A DNA stretch of 64,000 nucleotides from Ramazzottius varieornatus (lineage: Eukaryota; Animalia; Tardigrada): assembly GCA_001949185.1 (NCBI GenBank), contig BDGG01000002.1, positions 3,035,826-3,099,825 of the forward strand, given 5' to 3'. This document shows positions 38,720 through 51,058 of this stretch, piece after piece. The number at the start of each line of letters is the position of its first letter. Position 1 is the first letter of the stretch. The position numbers and the translations under genes were made by a program. A model generated the notes under the pieces. It searched no databases. It was not told the DNA's origin and saw only the letters and a list, made by a program, of their open reading frames with translations.

Positions 38720-39955
38720 CTAAACTGTTAAGACCGAGCCAGGAATTATCGACCCGGTCGCAGCCTTGCAACGACGATCTACCATCTTGGATTTGCCCCA
38801 TCCAACAAAGTCCCATTGGTTCGTACAGATTTCCACGATGTTCTTCGCGACGAACACAAACGTGTTCCCGGTATGCTGGTTTTTGGTCCACATGTAGATG
38901 CGTATCACAAGAAAAGGCACATTCTCTCCAAAGACATTAATAAATTGTTGCAGCATGCTCCAGAACATCTTCATTTGTTGATCGGCAAAGTTCGTCGTGC
39001 TCAGCTGATACAGTCCCAGCGTCGGTATGATCAGCTGAATCGAGACCAGTGCCAATATGGCGTTCCTCACATATACATTCAGTTTTTGATCCGGACTATG
39101 ATCGAACAGAAAGTATAGCATCTCAACCGAGTCGATAATATCCATCAGCGCTTGGTTCTGCATATAATTGATGACCAAACGTTGGTTCGCTCTTTTCTTC
39201 GGGACTTTTCGATGGCTGACCAAAACGAGCCCAAAGACGCCGGCGGTCGCGACAAATGCCAGCTCCAACATGTTCGTACCGAACAGTAATCGTTCGTTCA
39301 GCTCGTCTCCGAATGTGAGAAATATCACAAGCATTTTCGACGTTAGAATGATTGAGTAGAAGGCCCAGCTGACGTATGACAAAGGTAAGGCGCCCAGGTT
39401 GTACTTCCGTCTAAAGTGGCCGATCTGCAGAAGGGCGGCATGCTTCTGAGCTCTTCGTCTGACCCTGCAGATGTCGCACTCGTCCAGTCCACTCAATTCG
39501 GGTTCTTCGATAGTATAGTCGTTCTTTATTCTTTGCGTGACAGTGCTTTTCGCAGAAGAGACCGCGTCATCGTTCAGCTCGGTTTTGAAAGGCTTGGTCA
39601 CTCCATTGGGATAGTCCCCCGCCCTCTGTCTTGCATCATGTGCTTGCAATATACCGCTCGGCGGGCGAGGATAATCGTGATCCAGACGCAAAACTGCATC
39701 TTCGAAATGGTCGATCGGGGAATGCTGTATAACGGCTTGGACCACAAACTGTTGCAAATGCTCAAAATAAGTGTCCGCCAAGAGGTATGAAGCAATGAAC
39801 AAGGCAACAACTAGAGCATCTGCCACAATCCATCCGACAACAGTTGTCCCGCCGTAGTAGCCCAGATACCAGTCAAGGATCCCTCCCTGCGTGATAACCA
39901 AAATCACACTCACTGCTCGAACCAAAAACGTTGAAAACTTGTATGTGAACGCCAT
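38720..39955 (-). CDS. TMEM121/CECR6-family multi-pass membrane protein, intronless, 411 aa
   Basis: QGGILDWYL, WIVAD, LGALPLSYVSWAFYS..L.SK, FGTNML, DIIDSVEML, NVPFLVIRIYMW, FVAKNI; multiple hydrophobic helices. Confidence 0.8.
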   Translation of the reverse strand: MAFTYKFSTFLVRAVSVILVITQGGILDWYLGYYGGTTVVGWIVADALVVALFIASYLLADTYFEHLQQFVVQAVIQHSPIDHFEDAVLRLDHDYPRPPSGILQAHDARQRAGDYPNGVTKPFKTELNDDAVSSAKSTVTQRIKNDYTIEEPELSGLDECDICRVRRRAQKHAALLQIGHFRRKYNLGALPLSYVSWAFYSIILTSKMLVIFLTFGDELNERLLFGTNMLELAFVATAGVFGLVLVSHRKVPKKRANQRLVINYMQNQALMDIIDSVEMLYFLFDHSPDQKLNVYVRNAILALVSIQLIIPTLGLYQLSTTNFADQQMKMFWSMLQQFINVFGENVPFLVIRIYMWTKNQHTGNTFVFVAKNIVEICTNQWDFVGWGKSKMVDRRCKAATGSIIPGSVLTV

Positions 39956-40593
39956 TCATCTACGAGAATAATTCGGAAGACGGAAGGTGCTCGGACTCTT
40001 TGTTCGGTCTGTTTGGCAAACACGCCAGAGCAGCATTTTGATTCTGTCAGCAACCGACAATGAATGTTGGGCATGCTTGGTTTGTTTGCACTCGAGCTAC
40101 GTAGTGGATCTCCACCTAGTCGTTAATGCAATAGAAGTCAGCAATTGTGAAGTGGACCATGTCGACGTCTGTACAGACAGGAGCGAGAAACTTGCAAACC
40201 AGGGCGGTCGAAGTTAGTAGGCATAGGTATACGGAAGTCTACAACACCAGACAGATTCTTGGTTGCATGTTATTCAAGTCCCGCGTCAGCTAAAAATTAC
40301 TGTGACACCGGGGGTAAGATCAAACATACAGTACTCATACAGCAGAAAATGGGTCCGTGCCTGGTGCTATCGGATTTTAACCTGCGCTGTGCCAAAACTG
40401 GGCGTCGAAATGGGCATCGGAGTAAGCTTTACCGATATTTCAATGGACTATTAGCCAAGCTCATTTCGCTGCATGACCACACTGTGAAGGCTGGTTGCGA
40501 ATATTTCCATTCAACAAAAGGGAAAAAAACTTCCGAGCAACCGCACAGATACAGTACCAGCAATAACAGAGGCTTCCTACGTCTGACACAAGA

Positions 40594-41200
40594 TCAGAGG
40601 AAGAACAACGAAAGTAAAGACAGCGCGATCGACAAATAACACTACCTGGAGACAGTAATCGGCGGTCCGCTCGTGGAAGACGCTGATGGGTCAACTCCGC
40701 CGTTGGTTCCTCCACTGCCAGCTCTGTTGGCGACGGATAGGTCTTCCGCGATATTAGAGCCCATGCTATCAGCGTTGTTTGTTCCTCCAACGTTGTCTGT
40801 TCCTCCAGAGTTAATCCCTCCGCTGGGTGATTTGTCAGCGGATATATCTGCAGCGGTATTGGAACCAGCGTTATTTGTGGGGATAGACGGATTAGAAGCT
40901 GGTGCCGTTACAGGTATCGCGTACACTCCATCCGCACCTCTGACGGGTGCAGCAAACGTATTGCAATTGCCGCTACTGCAGAGGCAAGTTGACGCTAGCA
41001 TACCACCGGCCCACTTAGAAACGTAATATACCCAGCCCTGCTGCTTCAAAGTGGCAGTTTCAAGTGTGACGAATTACCAATCCGAGCCCATCAATGCTAT
41101 CTCGAAGCAGCCTCTGGCTACTTCCAACGCTGCACAAGCAAAAAATCTGTTCAATTGGATCGCTAATGTTCATGCAGTTCTTGTACGACGAAAGTGCTTC
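40594..41200 (-). pseudogene. Partial Ly6/uPAR-like, GPI-anchored-like surface protein with Gly/Ser/Asn linker
   Basis: RGC...C..TCLCSSGNCN terminal LU-like motif; low-complexity linker; hydrophobic CYLSIALSLLSLFFL* in frame after a TAG at 40642. No 5' exons found. Confidence 0.5.
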
Positions 41201-42272
41201 GCTGCTAGTAATCACAAGACCAAAGGCGACACTGTTTTTCCTTCCAGAAAGGGTTCGATAACCGCAATTCAAAACCGTCTGGTGATATATATAGTTCAGT
41301 GGGTCCGGCTCTACATACTGTACATGGTGACCAGCAAAATTTTCTTGATAACTTTTATAGTTTTCGAGATATAAAATTACGACGTTGGACCCGGAAGCAG
41401 CCTTTCTGTCGAATTAAAATTCAACCAAAAATAGACGAACGATCGGAAAAGTAATCAAGAACCCTTTCTCGAGCGAAGACAGTTGTGATTACAAAGTGTC
41501 GACACAATCGCCACCGTCTGCGACCGCGACCGTCTGCAGTTTCTGAGAAATCAACCTCCAAAGTGAGTTGCTCTGCCAGTTTTTGAAATTGCTCAATGAG
41601 CATTGCAGGTCACCGTCCGAAAAAACTATCACTTTATAGGCGAGGTTGTCATCTACAACTTCGATTTCGATGGGCTCTTGACCAGACGCACGAGTCAACG
41701 TTAAATGATGTAAAACCGAAATCGTGCTTGTGGCTCCATAGCTATGAGCACTGATTTGGTCTGGAGAAGTGGACAACATGACGTCACACAGGAGAACTGA
41801 TACATCACGGACAGATGGTCTTGTATGCTGAGCCGGGCGATTCAAAAGTCCACAGTACTTTCTCCGCGGGTGCATGCGCGGAAAAACTCCATGCGCGGCG
41901 AAATACTTTTTCCGCGTATCCACCCGCGGACTATGACAAGAGTTTCCCCGCGGGTGTACGCGCGGTGAAACCCCTTCTTTCCGCGCATGGATGCGCGGAG
42001 AACTGACTTTATCCGCGGGTGGATGCGCGGAGAAATGTGTTACTCCGCGGGCAGAAGTGCAGCAAGGAATTTACGGTTCGGTGTATAGAATTTGCGGTTC
42101 CGCCAGTCGAAGAACGGAGCGGACTAGCGATACCAGTGCGGATCCGTTACAACATGCGAAGGCGGATCCTGAGGAAAAAACAGCATTTTCGCAGCGGATA
42201 TCTTTTCGCTGTTCCATCAAATCATTTTGAATTTTCATCAGCGTCTTCCTTCAGACAGTCCATCCTTCTTCC

Positions 42273-44829
42273 ATGGATTTCGAGGTGCCTTCTTCCAGTC
42301 TTTCAGGTGTGCCGACAGCTGAAAGCCGAGGTGTTCGCAAGAAGGCCGTCTGCGATGGCTGTCAGTCGTTCAAAGCCTCCACGGAGAAAGCTGACATCTG
42401 TGTCTGCGGTCACGGCGATAACTATCACGAAGTTGTAAGTCTTATCTTCTTTCCAAAGCTGACGTTCCATTTGTGTTCACAGATCCGGCAAGCCCCAACC
42501 CCGAGTTCTGTTGTTCGCCCCGTGTATTCTCTGATAAACAGGTCACTGCAGAATGGAGAACTTCGGCGAACATTCCGGTCCAATCGGTTCCCTTCGCTCC
42601 AGTCACCCTCTCGTCCAGCTCGCGCAGCGGATCGTTCCTCTTCCCGTGCGCGCAACGCGTCGCTGCCCCCCAAGCGGGCGACCACCGATTGACGAGATGA
42701 CGTCGCGTGTACTCTGTGTCTTGAAGTGAATATGCCGAGGCTGGTCAACAGAAGCTACGCTTGGTAAGCTAGTCTGTTGTTCGCTGACCATCCGAAAGCG
42801 CATCTTTGAAGTTTTCAGATGTTTGACTAGGTATTCAAAGATGGTGGAGCAGGGATTCATTCGGGGACGTCACGTTCAGAGAAAAAGAACCGGTTCGGGA
42901 CGTTATCGATAGATCGTTTCCCCAGGTGGCTGGTCACTGGCACATTTATAAAGCAGATACGGCACATCATCTCTTTCCTGTGGTAATTCCGTCTAGCGAT
43001 TTGACGTTCGAGTTCTTTCGAAGGTAAGTTTCATTGATGCCTAGGTTTTTGGTTCTTGGGTTAGTTCGTTATTTTGTCCATTTCAGTGTTGTGGAGAGAA
43101 ACAAGAAGACTCGGCGTTTGTACCTTGGACCGACTGAGAAAAACTCGGTTCTTGCTACTTGACGATCCATCTGGTCCGAATGACTCCGCAGATAGCCTTA
43201 AGGCTTCGGAAGTTGTCCAAGATGTTGGAGCGGCAGGTAAAACAGTTACCAACACTCTGAAGCAGACTGGAGAAGTTAAGTGCTTGAATTCAGCTCTGTT
43301 TGCAGTTGTAGAAGTTGGACCGGCTCCACAGACTACAGCCAAGGTCACCTCAGTTCGGGACGCTCAACCAACTCGACGAGACATTGCTCTTCCGTCTACG
43401 CCGAGCACAAGCCATCAGTACGAGGTCGATCTGGTTTCTGTCCAAGAAGAATTTGACCTACAAGATGAAGCCGAGCCGGATGCGCTGAAACCAGTCATGC
43501 AGGCCTTCCAAGTTCGAGCTCGACAAGGCGTGGCTGGTCCTCGTATTGTTCATCATCTGGACCTGAACACAGGGGAAGACATTATGACTGTCTTCATCAA
43601 GTTCGTGAACGACAAATATCATGATCTTCGTGTGAAGCCGGATGTTATATTTGGAGAGTAAGATAAAACCATACAGTCGAAGATTCGCCACCCTAATTCC
43701 ATGTATTTTGTTTGTGTTCGCAGTGCGGTGGACGCCGGAGGACCTTTCCGCTGCGCAATAATGCAGCTTTGGGAGCAAGTTTTGCTAACGCATGATGGAC
43801 TCGGTCCGTTCTTTGATGGAGATGTCCGAAAGTCCGTAGCCATTCCTACCTCGTTTGCTAGAGCAGAGTTCTATGTCGCAGTTGGGAAGCTACTGTGCCT
43901 ATGTGTTGTTCACGATGGTGCTTTTCCATGCGATCTGGCTCGTTCAGTTTTTCGCTACCTGGTAGGTGAGAAGCTAGTGGAGGAGGAAGTGGGTTTATTC
44001 GATCCACACTCGGCCGTGGTCATTGACTTGGTAAGACGGCTCCGAACAACTCCAATATCCCTTCAGAAATTCCCAAACTTGCACGATGGATGGAAGACAG
44101 GATGAATGTGCAAGTACGTGCTCTGATTTCCATCTTACATTGTTTAGTTCGACCAACAATGCACCGTGACGTGTTGTAGGCTTCAGTCTGGAAAGAGCAC
44201 ACCAAGAAGGCCATGGTGAAGAAGATCGTCAGCTTTATCGTTATCTGACCGACGCATGACAAACTTGATTTTGCTGAGACAAGGATTCTGTCAGCACGGT
44301 ATGATTGAGGTGAGCGAAACAAACTTATTCAGTGAGGACCGAGATTAATTTCGGTTTTGCGTTGCAGTTGATCAAAGAAGATAAGGTTTTTACGGAACTG
44401 GAGGAAAGCCTCCACAGTATTGTGGTGACTTCCGAGGAGTTCCTCCGTGAGGTTGTCGCACCTCCACTAAATAGCAGGAAGGAGATCATCGCGTATTCGT
44501 TCTTCAAACGCTATGTAGAAGAGTCACTCCAACCGAACTGCAGACTTTGTTTGCGTTCATCGTCGGTTTCGTCAGAATCCCACCGAAAGAAAAGATTATC
44601 GTGAGAGAACTCATAACGCCAGGATCATCAAGTACAGTTGACAATCGACGCCGGTTTTTATCTTCAGATCCATCTAGAGGAACGCGCGGACAAGACCTTG
44701 CCGAAATCTGCAACTTCTGGCCCTCTGCTCACGTTGAACGCTCAGTACAACAACACGGAGCACAAAGAGTTTTCTAAAGATTTAGAACGTTCGATCGGGC
44801 TGTGTGGTAAAACTTTTACTGACTCTTGA
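42273..44829 (+). pseudogene. Multi-exon HECT-domain (G2E3-like) E3 ligase-like gene with N-terminal Cys/His finger
   Basis: CDGCQSF...CVCGHGDNYH; AVDAGGPF; FYVAVGKLLCLCVVHDGAFP..LARSVFRYL; FAFIVGFVRIPP; LPKSATSGPLLTL...EFSKDLERSI..GKTF* at the C-terminus; in-frame stops and frameshifts. Confidence 0.75.
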
Positions 44830-46550
44830 GGATTGTCTTTCGAGTGGGATTTTCACATCTTTCAGCCATCTTTCAGGCATATTTCTGACATCTTTACCAC
44901 GGTAAAGTATGATGAATTGAGCCTACGGTACGGTTCAACATTCCGAAGAACTTGATGTCATAAACCGCCAGTTCCAAGCGAAATGATCTGGACGCATTTT
45001 CATATGGAGATACCCATTCAGCTTTTTGCTTCAGGTTTAGCCTCCGTAAAATGAGCTTGAGCTCTGCCGAAATCCTGCCCCGTATCATCTTCTGGTTTCG
45101 CAGGCAGAAAACAGGTTCAAAGGAATAACCGACAGTACAAGGGATTTGTGGTAACCTCGCGACTCGGGTGTGTTTCACGTTAAAGGAGAAGTACATGCAG
45201 CAGCACTTTCGGTGGGCAGTTCAATCAATACTAATCAGAAATCAAAAGCCCTGCAACTGACCACAATCAAACGCAATCAAAAGCCCTTCATGTGGTCCGA
45301 TCAACCATCAAATTCGAACAGTGGCGTAGCTTTACTGTTTAGCACCTATGACGTATCAACACGTGATGTTGACCGATAAAGCAAGTCGTTAGGTGATTGA
45401 GACCTTTGTACAATACCATCAGTTCAACCCTCCGTCACCGTCCTAAACAGGTTTCACAGTCGCGCCCAACCGAAGTACGTCGCGCTTTTCTGACTCGTTC
45501 GATCTTCTCACAAACTTCTTCTATCCCACGCACTGAAGCGCAGCGCGTCTTACCTCGACCTGGACCGAGAATCTACGGATCTGTGTTGGACTACAGTTAT
45601 CATGGCAAGTTACTGTACATGGTTGGTGTTGTAGCCAACTCTGTGTAAATGTGCTTTGCAGCTTTCCCGGATCTACCATTTCGATCCCCAGAATTTCGTC
45701 GATGGACGCAATCGGCTGAAACAAGATCGTTACTTTGATTCCAAGAAGGATGGCATAATTCAGCAGTCAAACAGTTTGCTCCGTTGAAGGTCTTCGAGAA
45801 GGACGGGTCGTTTACGGTAAGTAAAACGTTATGAACTTGCCCAAGCCGTTCCGCTGGTTTCTTTGCAGATCTCTGCCAATTCCAACCTTCTTCTCAGTCA
45901 TCTTTACCCCACGTTGAGCAAAAACGTTCGACAAGCTAAGTACAAGACTCATGAGATCGGTAAAATACGACCCCCTGGGGGAGAATTTCGCCCCCTAAGT
46001 GGGGGGATCGACAGAACTCGACGAGATCTATCGAACTGCATCAGCCGTTTTTGCAATGGGGACCTTTATTCCAGGGGTAATAAAGCGTAAGAACAGAGCT
46101 GGAGCTCGCTTTGCTCGCCTCCAGCTCTGTTCTTACGCGTGCTAGGCCTGCGCGCACGCTACCCCCACCTAGCCGCTCGTTAACCCCAACCCCCACCATG
46201 ACCACTGCGAGAGACCGCTACCCACCCCCCCCACCAACCCCAAACAACCACCAATCAACCGCAAGATTACACCGCATATCAAAATTAATCGAACCAGCCT
46301 TAGTAGTCACATTTTCTTACTTGAGGCACATCAAGAAAACAACAAGAGATTCCAATGCAGAACAAAAACAGGAAGATTAGTATCTAATCTTCCTCAGGCA
46401 AAATCCAGTCACAGTCACAATCATTTCTATCTGAATGAGCGTCGCTAACACAAAACTTTTTCCACATCTGCTGGTACTCCCAGTAAACAGAATGAAACTG
46501 ACTGTTCTGAAGAAGAGTTTTACTGTTACCAACAACAGAAACATGGCGCA

Positions 46551-47787
46551 TCACTGTCGGACGTCGGCGAAAGCAGCAGAACCCGATTTGTTGCGATGGT
46601 AGATGTACTCCTCCAGAGCCAGCCAGACGCGGTTGTAGACGTAACCGTTGTGCTTGCGAAGAAACGTCTTCAGTGCCGAGTTGACCCCTTCGACCTTGTT
46701 CGACGAGATGAACTGCAAAAGAAAAGCAAACAGATAGAAATCACGGAAAAGTAAGAAAACAACAAAATGAAGGGTAAGAAAAGAAAACTGACCTCTTGAT
46801 CGTCGTAGCGAACAAACTCTCCTTCTGAGTGATTGACCTAGTCGTGCTCGGAGTCGCCCCACTTCGCAATTTGACGGTAAACAGCGGCTCCGTCGGTATG
46901 CGCGATGGAACCAGGAAGGACATGTTCGACGAAGATCTTCCTGATCGTCTCTTGGTTGGCGCGGATGATGTGCTAGACGACGATCCGTCCGGAGTCCTTC
47001 TCGCGCAGGATCAGGAGCATCACCTTGACGCTGGACTTGTCGCCAGTATCCGGATCGGGCATGTGAAGTCCTCGGGAACGGTCACCACGCCGGTACTTCT
47101 ACTTCGTTCCTATGAAAACCTGCGAGTACAAAAACACGTCAGACTCAAATCTTACACTTGATTGCAGACAGCAGAAAGCGAACCCGAGTGACGTGCAACT
47201 GAGGGACGGTCTCTTCTAGAAGTACTGCGGAGACACGTATCAATGCAGGGAGTCAAACGGCCTTCACAATCAACTGTCCATCAACCAAGCAGATATTTCG
47301 AGAAAATCCAAAATCCATATACGAGAAACGAGCAGTGTAAAAGAGTACTTGCCTCGTCGATGTAGACAATCCGTCCTGGCCCTCCGAGTTGGATCAGCTG
47401 GTTCCGGTTGTGGACAGTGAGCTTCACGGATCCAGACAGCCCGCTGCGACACGGTGTTCTTGTCCAGATGAAGCTGTCTGCGATGGCTCGTNNNNNNNNN
47501 NNNNNNNNNNNNNNNNNNNNNNNNNNNNNNNNNNNNNNNNNAGCAGCGACGAAATTCCCTCCCGAGCACTGGACTTCCACCCGACACAGGCCAACTGCTT
47601 GAAGGAAGCTCCGTACCGACGCGTCCTGGGCTTGCTGAGCGGTGAGACCGGTACCGTTGCGAGCGACGATGGCTAACGCAGTCTTCGTTCCGAGGGACCG
47701 ATGGTTGGCGAAGCGATGAACGAGGTTCCGTTGGCTGAATCCGAGAGGGAGACTGACGACGTGGATCAGCTCAAGGAGAGGCTCCAT
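46551..47787 (-). mobile_element. Merlin/IS1595-family transposase, intron-containing, with in-frame stops; spans an N gap
   Basis: QLGGPGRIVYIDE, KYRRG, VLPGSIAHTDGAAVY, VNHSEGEFV, SNKVEGVNSALK, LEEYIYHRN. Confidence 0.9.
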
Positions 47788-48099
47788 GGTCCAGCACTAC
47801 CTGAAAAAGAGAAAAGCGCCTTCCCGAACACCTAGTAGCCACTACCTGGGTCGTCGTTCCAGCGCAAAAACGTTAAGCCGTTATGTGAACTGTTCTAGTC
47901 GAACATTCCGCAAAATTCTTGCATATATTGTCAACAGACAATAATGCAAGAATCATGATGTTGTGTAGTGAGTTTTGAAATTGACAGCGCCAATTTTTCT
48001 TAATTAGAACACTTAATTAACGTTGCGGTCACCAGCCTTTACCAGGGGATGTCACTGTTGCAAAAACGGCTGATGCAGTTCGATAGATCTCGTCGAGAG

Positions 48100-48530
48100 A
48101 AATCTTTTTTCCATGGTCACACATGAAGCGACGGTGCCACTTCTCACTGAAGATCGTACCAATACCTGTCAAGAAACGCAGACCTTGTCTCACTGAAAAT
48201 TTGTCAGGAATAAAACAAAAATAAACCTTTGCCAGAGCCCATTTCATCCACGAAAGAACGCAGATCATGCTTGTTCATGGGAAATCCGCTATTTTCAAAG
48301 GCCATCAGCATGTCCACCAGTAGAGCCTCTTCTGTCTTGTCCAGCTTCGTTGGTCGGCCCTGCTTCTGAGCCATCGGTGATCTTTCATACCTAACGATAG
48401 TCATGCAAGGAACACCAAACGTGAGCGAAGCTTTCCGCACTGTCATCCCGTTGGCCACTGCGCGAACTGCATACTTCAGGCTTTCCTCCGTGTACTTTCG
48501 GCGATTGTTGCTCTTGAAACCTTCCGACAT
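48100..48530 (-). mobile_element. pogo/CENP-B-type transposase N-terminal fragment (psq HTH)
   Basis: RRKYTEESLKYAVRAVANGMTVRKASLTFGVP..TI, GRPTKL..EE, GFP, W..RF; truncated at ~48100. Confidence 0.8.
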
Positions 48531-49893
48531 TTTCCAGTTACTCCAGATCCGTAAGTCGAGATTGAAAGACGGATTTACGAAGGAATACATGTACGTGTAG
48601 AGAAGGACGAATGACACTGGCCATTGAAAAGTGAATTGCGGAATGTTCAATTGTGACGTCACACAACCAGTTTCTGTATCGATGTAATATTCTTTGCGTT
48701 AAATTGCCGCCACTCCTACTCCCCACATGTTTGCCCATCCCCACAACTAGGCCAGGTAAGCGTACTTCACGAAGAATGGCGGAGAAGCTGTGACGAGGTC
48801 CAGCTACACTACTACCTCGATGGAACTCCGTCGAGACTTGGCTCTAGCGACACAACCGAGTCAGACAGGTACGGTACATTAAATTCTACTCTATGAAAAT
48901 CGCGGAAAGGTTGATACATCTTTCTCCTGTTTGAAGGCTGTATGTGTCGTGCGTTCCTGATGGAGTGAGAATGTACTACTCGGACATTGCTGGTGCTTCT
49001 TCCCACCCGGCCTCGCCCATCGCCAGTGGAGGAACAACCGTATACTCCAGCGTTCTTTCTCAGTACAACAGGCAGAGTGTTCCGCCAGGCAAGTCAATAG
49101 AAGACCTTCGGAAGGTTCCTCTTTACTTCGGAAGGTTCCCCTTTACTTATTTCCGAGGCGTGGCCTCGGACCAACATGTTCGGAGCTTCATCCCGCTCAG
49201 CTTACCTCAAGGCAGTAAGCTGATCATTCTTTTACTCACAATTTTGTTGTGCCTGTCTTGCTAGACAAACAGTGCGAGTTTCCTTCACAAGAATCATCCA
49301 GGAGAACCAGGAAACTCATGGCGATCAATTAAGAAGCAGTATCGGCGATTCGGTCGTGTTGTGCGACAAGCAGAAACAAGTAAGGGCAGTTCAGGGATAC
49401 TGGGAATACTTGGGAACTCCGGTTTGATAGTTAAGTAGCAGGTCAAGTCTTCCTCGTTTGTTGAACTGGATTATCTTCTTTTCAGGAAGAACCAACCTGA
49501 TGACATTGTCCTGAATTTCGGCCAGATTAAGGCCGATGCTGCTGGTGTAGATACTTTCCGATGAGAACCTCATGTCCTCGTCTGTTTTTTTTTCCTTTTC
49601 CGATCTTTGATTCGAATCTTTAGCTTTTTGGTATTTTCCGAATCTTCACGTCTCCTGTATAATTCAGTGTTTTTGTATCCTCGAACTTATTACTTGCTGC
49701 ATTTGCCCTTTTTTCTTTTTTTTGCTAACATCAGTCAAACTGGACGTGAAAGTTGTGGTACTGTAATTGCCGAACAAGACGATAAAATATTGCGGATGGT
49801 CGAATACAAACGTTAAGCTAAAACCGTTTCGAATTGCGATGCATCAGCTAAGTTACAAAAGGTGGTAAAATTAAAAATCTAGAGACTGTTAAA

Positions 49894-50250
49894 CTATGCC
49901 AAGCTATCGATCAAAGAATCGCGCATCTTTGTCGCGATGTTAGACGGCTGATGTCCCTCGGTAAGGCGGACGACGGACTCCATAATTGAGATTTTCTATA
50001 ACAGAAAGCTATCCAGTCGTTAACGATCATTCCACCTCCGATCACATCGCTGCCACGATTCACGGTTCTAGCCTGAAAAATATGACCCGGAAAATTAACC
50101 AAGTAAGCCAGGAAGTCGTGTATGGGATCTCGGTAACTGAATTCACCCAAAGTGTTTCCAACTGGCACCCGCTCTTAGCCCATGTCGATGAAAACATGCG
50201 CCACTTTTGACCACGAGTGGTACTTGAAGCAGTGAAGAAAGCTCATCTTG
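49894..50250 (-). pseudogene. eIF6: eIF6 C-terminal fragment (two exons, frameshifted)
   Basis: QDELSSLLQVPLV / intron / ARTVNRGSDVIGGGMIVNDWIAFC ... MESVVRL..QPSNIATKMRDSLIDSLA*. Confidence 0.9.
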
Positions 50251-50271
50251 TCAGAGAACTTGATGTGCTTA

Positions 50272-51058
50272 CCGAGGTGGCTTTCCTTCGAGGCCACGTC
50301 GACCCTCCATCTGAAGCATGACTTTGACCACGTCCATTGGGTTCGCCAGGAACTGACTTGGACCTCCGCAACTCAATCCTTACATCACTGCTTACATGCA
50401 ACAGAATAAGGTCAGGTTTGCACGACGCATCGACACAAACAAATGCGAGACGAACCGGAAGTAAGGATATCACATACCATAAGGCAATGGAGTCCTTGGA
50501 GTCCGCATGAAACACAATCTCGCGACCTTTCTCGTAAAGCGTCGCGAGAACCGCTGTATACTACGATACAAGAGCTGCTTTGCACCTTGTTACGCTCTTT
50601 CTCGGATCATCTCCAAATGCATAAGACCATATCTGCATGTCGTGCTGAGGCAGGTGACAGTCCGTACCATAGCTTGAAGAACCCTTCTTCCTCCACCACG
50701 AAACAAACTCAGTTCAAGATATCTGTCCACGTATAATTCGCCCGAACACCCACCTATCCCGATCGCGTTTTTCATCAGTCCGCGATAAGACTAATTTCTT
50801 TTGATGGACGCTGGCGCGCAACACCGCGCTCGCCTTGAATCTGCAGCCATGTCTTCGCCTGTTCCAACGGGTAAGTGACTAAAAAATTCCAACGAAAAAT
50901 AAGAAGAGGACATTCGCCATGATTTGCTCCACTGGAAACATAGCTAAGACTCCGATGAAATTGTGCTGAATTCAGCAACGAAGGCACTAAGGCTGGACAG
51001 ACGTATTTGAGCACCAGTCTGTCATCTCCGGTTGCTTGACGAACCACAGTAGTGTCAT
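50272..51058 (-). pseudogene. UCP4: Mitochondrial uncoupling protein 4-like (SLC25A27) N-terminal fragment, several exons
   Basis: [81 protein letters not shown]. Confidence 0.85.

Noticed and set aside
36100-47787. Many in-frame TAG stops in the Tc5-like and Merlin transposases, suggesting TAG recoding
   Set aside because: The TAGs fall at positions expecting different residues, the Tc5-like copy also has frameshifts, and the GPCR and eIF6 end in TAG. Ordinary decay explains it.
48780-49600. Exon-like fragments between the pogo and eIF6 pieces
   Set aside because: No recognisable motif or consistent spliced frame could be established.
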